A stretch of 64,000 nucleotides of DNA from Octopus bimaculoides (taxonomy: Eukaryota): assembly GCF_001194135.2 (NCBI RefSeq), contig NC_068999.1, positions 52,171,590 to 52,235,589 on the forward strand, in the 5' to 3' direction. Below are positions 12,623 to 24,592 of this stretch, in pieces. The notes under the pieces are model-generated. The model made no database searches. It was not told the origin of the DNA and saw only the letters and a list, made by a program, of their open reading frames with translations. The stretch's first letter is position 1. Every line of letters begins with the position of its first letter. The translations under genes and the position numbers were made by a program.

Positions 12623-14479
12623 GGGACCACTAACTGCGAGATTCCTGTCTTCACTGGCAACTTCGCTTTGCAGAGGTAACTGGTGAGGCTCGTGAGGGCA
12701 CTTGGCTGTTCCAGCGCATCTGCCTCGCCATCAACCGCGCCATTAGAGAGGTTTCCCAGCGCCCCCAACTTTTCAACCCAAAGCGGTGAATTGTTTTTTC
12801 TTTTCTCTTTCTCACTTTTTCGTTTTTTTTTCTTTTTAATTTTTTTCAGTTGTGTTCTGTTTTGTCCAATTTTCTAACTTAATTTTATAAAACGGTAAAT
12901 ACAGTAATGGCAATAAGATCTAAATTTTAAAATTAAGATCACTTTTAAATAGGTAGTTTGTATTATAAATTCAGAGGCGGTTATCGACGAGTTGATATCA
13001 AATGGATCAAACCTTTTTATGACTTTTACTAGAAAAGCTAAGATGCTCTCACATACGTACAGAAGCTGTAAACAAGTGCACGCACACAACGTGCGCGTGC
13101 ACACACACACACACACACACACACACGAAATGTTTGTGTGTGTGTGAGTCCGTCCATCCATCCATCCATCCGTCCGTTAAATTTAAAGCCAAGTTTAAGA
13201 ATACCAGCGGCACATTTTTGATGTTTCCTTGACTCAAGACTAAGAGTAGAGTAAAATTTATTGTAAAATATGAGTTGGCAGGTTCGCCTATCGTCCTATA
13301 CAGACGACGGGCTAATTTGAAGTCCCAGTGAGCTTAAATTTTACTACATACATACATACATACACTAAGCTCCGATGAAGCTATAGGTTGATACTCAAGC
13401 GTTCAACTATGAGTGCATTGCATCAGAAACAGCTGTAAGCTAATGAAGTTCACGACATAATTGTTTACCTCGCTTTACGAGACACCGGGTTTACGAGTTT
13501 TATGTTATAATAAATATAAAGCGGTTTTTTCAAGCACAGGATCCAAATTCTGAACGAATTGGTACGAATTGGTAACGTGATTGTTGGTATACGTTATGTC
13601 TAAAATATACGGATAATCACTGCTTTTGATTTATATGTCTGCTGGATTCATAGTACAGCTCATTCTATTACGTTCTAAATTGTAATTTACATATAGTCAT
13701 AAACATACATACTATTTTGTCTTCTCATACACATACGCACACAAGAGCGCGCATACACACACACACACAGTTCTTTTAGTGACGCATACATATTTTCTCT
13801 CTCCCACATAACTATTTATCACTTCCCCTCCACTCTTTCGCCTATAGTCTGTCATACACTTAAGCGAAGTATCTACTTGCTAGAGGAGAGCTGTTTATAT
13901 GAGAGCATGTGTGACAATATATATATTGTTGACTGACAGTCAAACACACTGTCACATACATATACACTTTACTTTCTCCTCGTCGCTCACTCATACTCGT
14001 GCATGCAATGTCTGAAGCAAACGCTTTTAATGACATACACGCAGTCACGGAGTTTCACTCATTGCCTCTCTCTAAATTGTTCTGTGTGTGGAAAGTAGAT
14101 AAGTCGATGTGCATTTGAAAACTTGATGATAGTTACACGCACACGCATACTTACACAGCGAATATCTCATGTTATATGTTGCGTGTTAATGGTACAAACG
14201 CAAATCCATAGATTTACTGGTTTGATTTCGTCAACAGCTGTGTCTACTCTCAGACCAGCGCCAGTACCACTCTACACGGGTACTTTTATTAACCAATCAA
14301 CCAATCCACTAATGTGACTTCTTCGTTAACAGCAAAAATAGCAGCGTACAGCATCTCTTTCTTGATCAGTCAGTTGGTGGACTCTTTCACTTATCAACTC
14401 AAATACATTGGCATTACAAGCTGCGATTATGCCATCAATTTTTGGACGAATCATGTTCATCGACTTCAAGATAAACACA

Positions 14480-14680
14480 GCAAAAATAGTTACACCATGC
14501 TGGGTATCACCTTGAAGGATTTTTAGTCGAATAAATCGACTCCAGTACATTTTTTAAAGCCTGGTACTTATTCTATCAGTTTGTTTTGCTGAACCGCTAA
14601 TCTTACAGGGACGTTAATACACCAACACCAGTTGTCAAATGGTGGTGGTGGGCAAACACAGACACAAATAAACACACACA
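14480..14680 (-). mobile_element. SINE family B 3' tail
   Basis: CCATGCTGG...ACCTTGAAG...GTCGAATAAATCGAC...GCTGAACCGCTAA matches the tails of other copies. Confidence 0.75.
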
Positions 14681-15127
14681 CACATCGTATTAATAAAATA
14701 GATGAAAGTGTAATAGACTTTATTGGGTACAACATATGTTTCAACCTGTTCTGAGTGTTTGAGTACACCAATAAAAAGTCTCACTAGAGATTTCTTGAGC
14801 TGGCTTACATACTGCTATATGTCCATCAAATATATACATATATGTATATCAGCAAAGTTTAGGTTAGGTAAAATATGTTTGTGACATATCTCAACTGCTA
14901 AAAGGCAAATTCAATGCAAGTTACCATGGAGAAAATTTTCTCTTATGGTAAAAAAGTGTAAAAACACCATATCTGTCTAGTATCTTCATTTATCAGGTTT
15001 CCCAGACATCGATATTTCTAGCTCCTTAGCTGTTATCAATGGGAAATACCTAAGAGAGCCAACTCTGGACAGACTTTATTAAAGCTATAGCTTAAACTGA
15101 AATACAGTTAACAACCGGAAGGCCAGT

Positions 15128-15275
15128 TGACAGGCTTCTCTCAGTTTCTCTCTACCAAATCTAATTACAAGGCTTTTGTTGGCCTGAGGCTATAGCAGAA
15201 AACACTTGCCTAAGGTGACATGCAGTAGGACTGAACCCAGAACCATGTGGTTGACAAGGAAACTTCTTACCACAC
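15128..15275 (-). mobile_element. SINE family B head
   Basis: Matches the reverse complement of the family B head. Confidence 0.75.
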
Positions 15276-15562
15276 ACCCTGACATATATGTAAGTATGTA
15301 TATGTGTGTGTGTTATATATCAATTTTACTAACCAATTACTTACTTTGGTGCTATATCAACTAATGTCCTCGTTATGCTGAGCGAGAAGAAATAACAGAA
15401 AGGAGGTTACCCACTGGTATTTGTTTGCAGTTGTTGTGAGGCATACAGCCAATCCCAGCTTCAGAGTGTCTGTGTGGGTCAATGTAATCTAGAGTGGGTG
15501 TATTATCAACGTTTCAAAGTAGGTCAGCTATGAAATCGATGATCCAGATACACTTCATTTAC

Positions 15563-15634
15563 CTGCATTTTACTAACTGCTGCAGCACAATTGTGCAGTA
15601 CATTTCCACTAGTTTGAGTGTTTTCTACTTCACA
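15563..15634 (-). CDS. Candidate minus-strand exon (CEVENTQTSGNVLHNCAAAVSKMQ, phase 0-0)
   Basis: Acceptor tatattttgtatcatgtctgtacag and donor CAG|GTAAAT; 72 nt open. Confidence 0.4.
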
Positions 15635-15747
15635 CTGTACAGACATGATACAAAATATATAAACATATATATAGGAGGAGGCATGGCTGTGTGTTAAAAA
15701 GATTGCTTCCCAACCACTATGTGGCACCTTGGGCAAATGTCTTCTAC

Positions 15748-16120
15748 TATGAAGTGAGTGCTGATAAGTTCTTGGCTTTGGGTAAAAGAAAATGTAGGAA
15801 GCTCAGTTAATTATGATTTTATTCAACATATTCTCCTCTCAGATTCACACATTTATTGCAGCGATCCCTCAGTTTTTCTAAGCCCTGTAAAAAGAATTTG
15901 GAAGACTGGGCCTCCAACCAGGCCTCTGTGGCAGTGATCACATCTGAATTGGAGTTAAATTTTGTTCTCTTAAGATGTTTCTTCAGTTGTGGTAAGAGGT
16001 GATTATCGGAGGAGGCCAAGTGAGGAGTGTAAAGTGGGTGGTCTGCCAATTCAAAGCCAAAGTCATGTCTTTTCCATTGAGATTCATGTGCTGTCTGTGC
16101 TGGCGTATTGTCCTGCAAAA
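15748..16120 (-). mobile_element. Mariner 3' fragment (transposase C-terminus plus TIR) inserted in a SINE
   Basis: ORF 15819-16118 has DNTPAQ...HPLYTPHLASSDNHLLPQLK...RGEYVE (cf. mariner DNAPAH/HPPYSPDLAPSDYHLF). TIR-like TATGAAGTGAGTGCTGATAAGTTCTTGGCTTT starts at a TA in the family B motif TTCTACTA. Confidence 0.9.
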
Positions 16121-16129
16121 GCAGAGCAC

Positions 16130-16365
16130 AAAGAAAGAGATGAAGCCACTCTCTCTTTGGAAGAGAAATTAATTTTGGTATTGATAGAAAAGCAGTAAAG
16201 ACCAGAAACAGTCAAGTGGAGAGGGATAACGGGTTTTGGGGGTAAAATCCTAATCTCCTATATCGAAAACATAGGAATCTGAAAAAATTTCGGGAAAAAA
16301 AGGGTGGGGACGCAAATGTAAAAGATTTTCTCTTCCAAAGAGAGAGTGGCTTTATCTCTTTCTTT
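16130..16365. mobile_element. MITE-like element with 39-bp inverted arms
   Basis: 16130-16168 vs 16327-16365 are reverse complements with 1 mismatch. Confidence 0.75.
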
Positions 16366-16809
16366 CACTTTTACATTAGAATGTATGGAGACACTATGTT
16401 GTCACAAAAAATGTTAAAACTTTACTAACTTCATCGATCTGTGACTAAACCTGGATTTAATTTCATTTTATACACACTTTGCTATCTCCCCTACAAATAC
16501 CCAGACGTAGTTAGTTCTTCGGGACTTAACAATCATGGCTGAAGTACAATTTTGGAAGTATTGTTCAAGTTTTTCTTATTTTGGAATTAAGAAAGGTATG
16601 TAAAAATAACTTCTTTCACACACACACACACACCTCCTAGATAAAACTTCAGTATGAATTATGCTATTTCTTGTGTGCACGCGCAAAATTACAGCTCAAC
16701 TTGAATTGAAATTACCTTTTTTAATTCCGTAATTCGTGTTTGTAATGGGCGTATTTAAAAACGTGATCTTATATATAAACGTAAAAAGTTCTGTATGTGC
16801 GTGTGTATG

Positions 16810-16970
16810 TGTGTCCCACCACCGCTAGAGAACCGGTGTTGGTTTATTTACGTCCCCGTAACTTAGCGACTTTAAAAAAATAAGTACATGGGTCGATTTG
16901 TTCGATTAAAAACTATTCAAAGCTGTAACCCGTCATGGCCAAAGTAATAGATAAACAAGTGAAAGATATA
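16810..16970 (+). mobile_element. SINE family B tail
   Basis: CCACCACCGC...AACCGGTGTTGG...TTACGTCCCCGTAACTTAGCG tail motif. Confidence 0.75.
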
Positions 16971-17314
16971 AACTAAAATATAAATTGTTTCAGAGAGAGA
17001 GAGAATTTATACATGTGTGCAGCATGGATGATTATGTAAACATAATAACTTATTATTTTGAAAACGATGAGTTTTATAAAATAGCTTTTCTTAAAAATTA
17101 ACTTTTATCAAGACAGCATTTTTTGCAGTAACCCCAGGGTTTCTAGGAACCCACCTCGAGAAAAATTGGAATTGAATAAGTTAAGGGAACCAGCCACGGC
17201 ACAAATATAGAATACTGGAATTTTGCACTTGCTAATTTTTCTTATTCTACACCGTTGGTCTTGTGAAGGAGAAGGAAACTCAAGCCGTTGTGATGTTCAT
17301 GGATTTCTCTAGAC

Positions 17315-17544
17315 TAGTGATTCTCAACCATTTTCTTTCTTTGTCTGTGGACCCCTTTGGTTAAAAATTAATTCCTCTTATACATTTATAATGAAATATT
17401 ATTAACGACTGTATTACAAAAATAAACAAAACAAATTTAATATTTTGTGAATTGTACAATAAGCAATTTATTGCACATAAATTTTAAGAACAAAATCTTA
17501 TACGGAGTCCCAAGGGCTATGTGGACTCCAGTCGGGAACCAATG
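17315..17544. mobile_element. hAT-Charlie-like MITE
   Basis: Ends TAGTGATTCTCAACC...GTCGGGAACCAATG; 8-bp TSD CTCTAGAC/CTCTAGAT (NTCTAGAN is the known Charlie target preference). Confidence 0.8.
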
Positions 17545-17552
17545 CTCTAGAT

Positions 17553-17867
17553 CAGAGGTTCTCAACCAAATTTTTGTTTTTTTAAAATTATCTATGGACC
17601 CCTTTGATTACAATTTTGTTTTACTGGGCCCCATAACCATTTAGTGTTTAGAAATTAGTATTATAAATACTTCTTTCAATATTCTTGTTTTATTTTTCAC
17701 CCATTCAATTGTGTAGGTTTGCATGTAGAGAACATGTTTCTTGCGATAAATACATCTCAAGCAAAACTTATTCATGGACCCTTAAAATACTACTGTGGAT
17801 CCACAAGTTACTGTTTTGCTTGCGTGGACCCCCTGAACTTTATATGGACCCCAGTTGAGAACAACTG
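17553..17867. mobile_element. Second hAT-Charlie-like MITE
   Basis: Ends CAGAGGTTCTCAAC...GTTGAGAACAACTG; homologous to the copy starting at 32368. Confidence 0.8.
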
Positions 17868-20079
17868 CTCTAAGCCTTTGGTGTGGTAATTGAAGCCAAT
17901 CAATGTTTGACCACAGATTTAAGATAACCAAATTGCATTGAAGATAAAATGGGAGAAATTAATATTCTGAATAATTTTTTTCATCAATCATTTTGCATAA
18001 TTCGATGTCTCGAATAAGTTTTCTGAGATCATTTTAAGATTTCTTAGTCAAATTTATAACTACCATTTAGTTTCGAAAGCATATAATTATTTTCACAGAA
18101 AATCAGAAAAGACCAAACACACTTCTTTCAATCATCCGATTTCGTAAAAAGACTCTTTGTACTTTTTTGTTTAATATTTGGTGCCAAAACTCACGTCTAC
18201 TTGAATAAGCATCCACCAAAAGCAATATAATTTATATATTTACCTCCCAAATGTCGTTTTATTTTTAATCTAAAATAAACAAAAATGCATCAATTCTAGT
18301 TTTTAATTTCATGCTAAACATTTTTCTAATGCTTTCTGTTGTGGGTGGTTTAATTGTTATGAATGATAAAATTATAATAAAGACGTAATGTTCTTTCATT
18401 TCGCCACTTTACATTGATGGAAAGGTTTTGTAAGTACCTAATTTTTTGATAATTTTGTGCAAGGTAGAGAGAATTATCTGCAATTCACAAAAGAGAAAGA
18501 AGTGATTCGGGCGTGGTCGCTTGGACCTCTACTCCACCACCATTTGTACACTCACAGCACCGAACGCTTGCATCTATACACACACACACGCATTGATAAA
18601 CAGATACACCAGCTCGCTAGTTTTATATCTCATCTTGTATATTTGTTCATGAGTAAGTGAAATATATCTTATTGTATATTACAATAATAGGCCACAACTA
18701 AAAAAATATCGTGCATTGTTTACGAAACGTTAACTTCTACGCGTATCTCTTTATTTACTTGTAAGAATTTGGCTGGACTTTCAACTACTTTAATCGACTG
18801 TAAATGCACCACGGAAGAGTTTAATGTAACATATCTATAACTAGATGTAAGTATCCCATATATTGATTTTAAAAATACATTTTATTATGCAATAAACACT
18901 TTACGATCAATATACGTATTAATTCAGACGGATATAGATACATATATCCCTTACTGGAAAAAGTACTTCGATAAGTATTTTGTTATTATTCGACTAGAGC
19001 CATTCTTAATATATAAACTTAAACTTGACTCCAAATGGCAACTAGTCACGAGTAACAAAACGATTAGAATATTGTCCACGTTGTTTAACTATAATAACGA
19101 TTTTTAACCTATTATTTTATTTGTAATTGTCTATTAGTATAACGACGACATAAAATTGCAGATGTTTTTACGGCCCGTACTTGTGCTAGAGCTAAATGTT
19201 TTACGACAAAAATGTTTTCCTCTGTTTTTGTACAGTTGTAAATATAATAATATATTAGTCTATTATAAACAAAAGCATATATATGTATAAACACGTTAAG
19301 TTTGGTCAAATATAGTTGAAATTTTTATTTTTGTTATTAAAATCTATTTCCCAGTCGACAAAAGTTGCAGGAAAAGAAACCTTGAATCACACTTCAGGCA
19401 GGATTTTTTCCCCCTTTTTCTTCTCCAAGTATTGTGACTTTCCTCCTTGACCACTATGATCGTTAACATCATACATACTAATGAGTAAAGCTGTAGTAAG
19501 CACAGCTACTACTGTGACTATCAATTGATGAAGCAGGAGTTTTACTGATGAGAGAGAGAGAGAGAGTGTGTGTGTGTAAGTTGTTTCGACTCGCTAAACT
19601 AAGTTGTACCATAACAAATCGCTGCAACTTTCGTGCAAACCTAGAGAGGGAGAGAGAGAAGAAAACATCAAACGTCTTTGATGTTTTTTCAAGTGGTTTA
19701 TTACTTATTTATCTGTAATAAGTAAAGGTATGTTGTTTATTTATATTAGAGATGCAAATAAGACAGGCTCGCATGTATGTGTATATACACATGGGCGCGT
19801 GTGTGTATATATATATACGTGTGCATGCGTGCGTGATTAAATTCATTCACACACGCATTCATACATTAGTTGTGAAAGAAGCAACTTGTAAGTAATCTTT
19901 AATTTTTCATCTTTGGGCGTTTCACTGTCTCGTTAGAGGTTATTATTATATTTCATTAAATATGTCACTATCATGAGTTTCCACAGCGAAATGAATAAAA
20001 ACATCGGTAAATATAAACGATCTCATAACAATAACGAAGTAGTTAGCGCTAATATGAAATGCAAATATTTTATACAAGG

Positions 20080-20191
20080 TGCTTGCTAGGTCATGTGATG
20101 CTCCACGTGGCTCTCGCCGCCAAGAGGAAAAGATTTCCCAGACTGCAACATAAAACGCGCTCTCTCGAAAGATGGCGGAGAACTAGTGAGT
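20080..20191 (+). promoter_or_regulatory. Putative promoter/first exon of the plus-strand gene
   Basis: Locally GC/CpG-rich; E-boxes CATGTG and CACGTG; YY1-like AAGATGGCG at 20169-20177; donor GTGAGT at 20186. Confidence 0.5.
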
Positions 20192-22809
20192 AATGACTTT
20201 AGCTTATATTGTTTCACCTTATTTTCTTGATGGAAGTGTCCCACACCGTGGGGATAGCTCCAAAACGATCTTTCAATTGTTTATCTAGGTATCTGAAATG
20301 GAATTTTGCGTTGGCATAGGCGCACGACTTGTATTTATTGGTGCCCCGACGGAAGTTCTCACTCAATCGTGCCAATAACTCTTAATTCATACCTCCTACG
20401 TTTAAAAATTGCTATCATTGGCTTATATTGTGGTTAATTTTTGATATCGTTCCTTGCTATTAACGTTTTCCTTATCTTTTTATGTATACCAAACTGGATC
20501 TGCATCCATTTGAGAGAGCAGCGAAGGTATCTTATTTTATATAGTAAATGCATATAGCGTGCCTCCAAAACTCATCCCCCCCTCCCAGTCGAGGTTACAA
20601 TCTGTTGTTCTATGTTCATTTTGTTTTGTTTTATTTGTCGCATATTTTTTTTAGCTATTATTTTTTGTTTACGCAAATATCGCTTTGATATATATTTATA
20701 TACTCCTTTTCTTTGCATATCCGAAATAACCTCCAATAAATATTAATTTTCTTCTGAAGCATAGTTTTTTTTTTTTCCGGGAAAGTCTGCATTTGTAAAC
20801 AATTGGAGATACCCTTTGAAGTTATATATATTTTAATGCTTTTTCTTTTTCGAATTTTTTTTCTAATGTAATTTCCTACACAGATAAGATTCATAACATA
20901 AAAATGACTGCTAGTTTTACTATTATTCAATGCAGTAGTGATAATTATTTACTCTGTTGCAAATTGTTTTACTTCGTTTACTGTTCGATGTTGATTGTTA
21001 ACCACATTTCTATTTATTTGTTTTTATAGTTATCAATCAAGTCGATATCGTTTTTGTTATGATAACAGGAAACTGCTTATGTTGTTGTCGTCGTCATTGT
21101 GACCTAGCCATCACCGATGTGAATGGACTCGGGAGTTCTTATGAACACTTCTTTAATGACGACAGTTAAGTGTGTTGACTTTAAGACAGTTTTTGGAATT
21201 ATAAACATACTTTTGGTTTATTCAGACATATGGAGCACTGTTATACAATTATTTAAGAAATTTTCTTGTAAAATACACCCCCGGTAATGTACTTTTAGAT
21301 CACCCGTCAAAATGTTTTCAACAGTAATCGACTTTTATGTTTCATTTAGTTTCTATTTAAATAATAGACAATTATCACTTTAAACTTCATTAATACTTAA
21401 TGCAAATTATTTATAAAGCGCATCCTTGTATGTTACTGATATTTAGTTTTCTGTTTATATTGCACGGAAAATTCTAGTATATCCGAGCAAGTGAACATCC
21501 TTTAAGGAATTTCTACGTCAAATTTTCACTTAGCAATCTTAAACCGATATAAAAGTTATAGTTTTTATAAAAACTTCAGTGCATGATCGAGTGTTTTAAA
21601 ACGGTATGAATTGTTTTAATTCAAGCTAAGTCGCGCGTGAACTTTTTGATGGATGAACTATAACTTGCATCCATTTGATGGATGTAGAAATACTTTCCTT
21701 TGCTGGAAAATAATAAAAAAAAAAAAACATCGGTGAACATAAACCTGTAGTTGTGCTTTGTTTGAAACGTTTAAACTGAAGAAGAAAACAAATGTTTTGC
21801 GACGAAAGGGGAGAAATTTTAATGTAGTGTAATGAGAATACCCATGCAATGTTAGGAAAACTTTAAGGATGTAAATTTTACAAAGATTGAATGCTCATTA
21901 CTAGAGATAACGTCATTGCTTCTGGTGATACCGTTACGAATAATGCAGAATATTCCAGCAAAAATAAAGTATATCTGTAATGGCAGCTTTAGGAGCGTCC
22001 NNNNNNNNNNNNNNNNNNNNNNNNNNNNNNNNNNNNNNNNNNNNNNNNNNNNNNNNNNNNNNNNNNNNNNNNNNNNNNNNNNNNNNNNNNNNNNNNNNNN
22101 NNNNNNNNNNNNNNNNNNNNNNNNNNNNNNNNNNNNNNNNNNNNNNNNNNNNNNNNNNNNNNNNNNNNNNNNNNNNNNNNNNNNNNNNNNNNNNNNNNNN
22201 NNNNNNNNNNNNNNNNNNNNNNNNNNNNNNNNNNNNNNNNNNNNNNNNNNNNNNNNNNNNNNNNNNNNNNNNNNNNNNNNNNNNNNNNNNNNNNNNNNNN
22301 NNNNNNNNNNNNNNNNNNNNNNNNNNNNNNNNNNNNNNNNNNNNNNNNNNNNNNNNNNNNNNNNNNNNNNNNNNNNNNNNNNNNNNNNNNNNNNNNNNNN
22401 NNNNNNNNNNNNNNNNNNNNNNNNNNNNNNNNNNNNNNNNNNNNNNNNNNNNNNNNNNNNNNNNNNNNNNNNNNNNNNNNNNNNNNNNNNNNNNNNNNNN
22501 NNNNNNNNNNNNNNNNNNNNNNNNNNNNNNNNNNNNNNNNNNNNNNNNNNNNNNNNACATCTCTTGGAAATGGTCGATTGATTTTCGTATCCCTTACCAA
22601 AGTAATCTTACATCTGATGAAAAAAGTAAATTTTCTAAAACATTTTTTCTTATATTGAACTACATAGCACTCATCGTTCTAGCGTACATTATTCTTTTTT
22701 CTTATATTGTTCAGACGGAATTTATCTAGGTAGATTTTCTACAGCCGGATGCCCATCCTGCCACCAATCCACACCTGCTTCCGGGCAAGGTAATATTTCT
22801 CTATGGCTA

Positions 22810-23022
22810 AGGCGGCGAGCTGGCAGAAACGTTAACACACCGGGCGAAATGCTTAGCGGTACTTCGTCTGCCGTTACGTTCTGAGTTCAAATTCCGCCGA
22901 GGTCGACTTTGCCTTTCATCCTTTCAGGGTCGATAAGTTAAGTACCAGTTGCGTACTGGAGTCGGTCTAATCGACTGGCTCCTTCCTACAAAATTTCAAG
23001 CCTTGTACCTAGGGTAGAAAAG
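22810..23022 (+). mobile_element. Near full-length SINE family A with target-site duplication
   Basis: TSD AATATTTCTC(T/A)ATGGCTA at 22792-22809 and 23023-23040. Confidence 0.92.
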
Positions 23023-23284
23023 AATATTTCTCAATGGCTAGACCTATTTTCACAGAATATTGGCAATTGATGACACCTGCATGAGAGTAATACTCATTTA
23101 CAACTATCACATGATTCCGTGACAAGAGACACACACACACATACACAACAGGTTCCTTTCAATTTCCTTTTGCTAAGCCAGACGTAAACAAATACCAGTT
23201 GTCAAGTGGACGTGGGTGAGGAACAAATGCACACGTGCGATATATGATGGGCTTCCTCACAGTTTCCATCATCGTACATCCGTT

Positions 23285-23560
23285 TTCCATGCTGGCATGG
23301 GATAGACGGTTTGACTGGAGCTGGTACGACAGAGCTGCACCAAGCTCCAGTCAGTTTGGGCTTGGTTTCTATGGCTGGCTGCTCTTCCTAATGCCAACCA
23401 CTCTACAGAGTGTATTGGGTGCCTTTTACATGTTATTGGCAGTCTACCAAAGGCATTAGTTGACCTTGGGCTATAGTAGAAAACACCCATTGTGATGTGC
23501 AGTGGGACTGAACCTGAGTCTGTATGGTTGCAAACTGAGCTTCTTAACCACACAGCCATA
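23285..23560. mobile_element. SINE/LINE-tail fragment (TTCCATGCTGGCATGGG...GGATGCC type) joined to a family B head
   Basis: Same motif recurs at 24265, 30305 and (reverse) 50635-50775. Confidence 0.65.
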
Positions 23561-23827
23561 CTTATGGATTTATGATCCATTTTTCTGAAATCTTCATGTC
23601 TGCTGCAGCAAAATAGATCCCAAACGATTTTGACAGAATTTCTCCAATAAGCCAGTTTCCTTATGCCCAGTAAGAGTTACGAGTCCAGCATCATTAAACC
23701 ATTTCTTCAAGTGAAGAGAAATTTAAGAAGTTATTTCTTTCTATGTTTCCACAACATAGAAGGACATTTTTTTTTAAGCCATTTCATTTTACAGTTGCCC
23801 ATTAATATTCTTCCTTTGTATTATCAC

Positions 23828-23980
23828 AGGCTTGGCTGTGTGGTTAAAGAGCTTGCTTTGCAACCATGTGCTTACGGGTTCAGTTCCACTGCATGGCACC
23901 TTGGACATGTCTTCTTCTATAGCCCTGCGACCAACCAATGCTTTGTGAGTGAATTTGCTAGACAGAAACTGTGTGGAAGC

Positions 23981-23985
<5 letters not shown>
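23828..23985 (+). mobile_element. SINE family B head
   Basis: GGCTTGGCTGTGTGGTTAAAGAGCTTGC...GGGTTCAGTTCCACTG. Confidence 0.8.
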
Positions 23986-24032
<47 letters not shown>

Positions 24033-24388
24033 TAGGTCCCTCACTACCACTTGACAACAAGAGTTGGTTTGTTTACAACCTTGTAACTTATTGGTTTGGC
24101 AAGAACCAACAGTAGTAGTACCAGCCTTGAAAATAATTGGTTTAAAAATGAACTGAGATGTTGGATGGATAATGCCTGGAGCATCAGATGCATTTGTGTG
24201 TGTGTGTGTGTGTGTGTTTAACCAGCTAACTAGAAATAAGTATACTAGTTATTATTTAATGTTTGCTTTCCATGCTGGTATGGGTTGGACAGTTTGACTG
24301 AGAACTGGCAAACCAGGAGGCTGCACCTGATTTAGCAAGGTTTCTACAGATGGATGCCCTTAACGCCAATCACTCTGAGAGTGTAGTA

Positions 24389-24592
24389 GGTGCTTTTTAC
24401 ATGCCACCAGCATGGGAACCAGTCAGGCACCACTGGTATTGGCCATGCTTGACTGGTGCTTTTTTATGTACCAGTCAGGCAGCACTGGCATTAGCCATGC
24501 TTGAATGGTGCTTTTACATGCCACTGGCACAGGTGCCAGTCAGGCAGCAAGGCCATCGGCCACACTTGAATGGTGCTTTTTTACATGCCTGG
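24389..24592. repeat. Imperfect 52-66 bp tandem repeat (4 units) inside a retroposon fragment
   Basis: GGTGCTTTTTACATGCC anchors at 24389, 24455, 24507 and 24572; intervening segments are mutually similar (CCAGTCAGGCA...GGCCA..CTTGA). Confidence 0.85.

Noticed and set aside
22810-22900. tRNA-like A/B-box sequences at SINE heads
   Set aside because: They continue into SINE bodies and give no complete cloverleaf; not called as tRNA genes.
24389-24592. Repeat-spacer-like array resembling CRISPR
   Set aside because: The intervening segments are homologous to each other, the context is a eukaryotic retroposon, and there are no cas genes.
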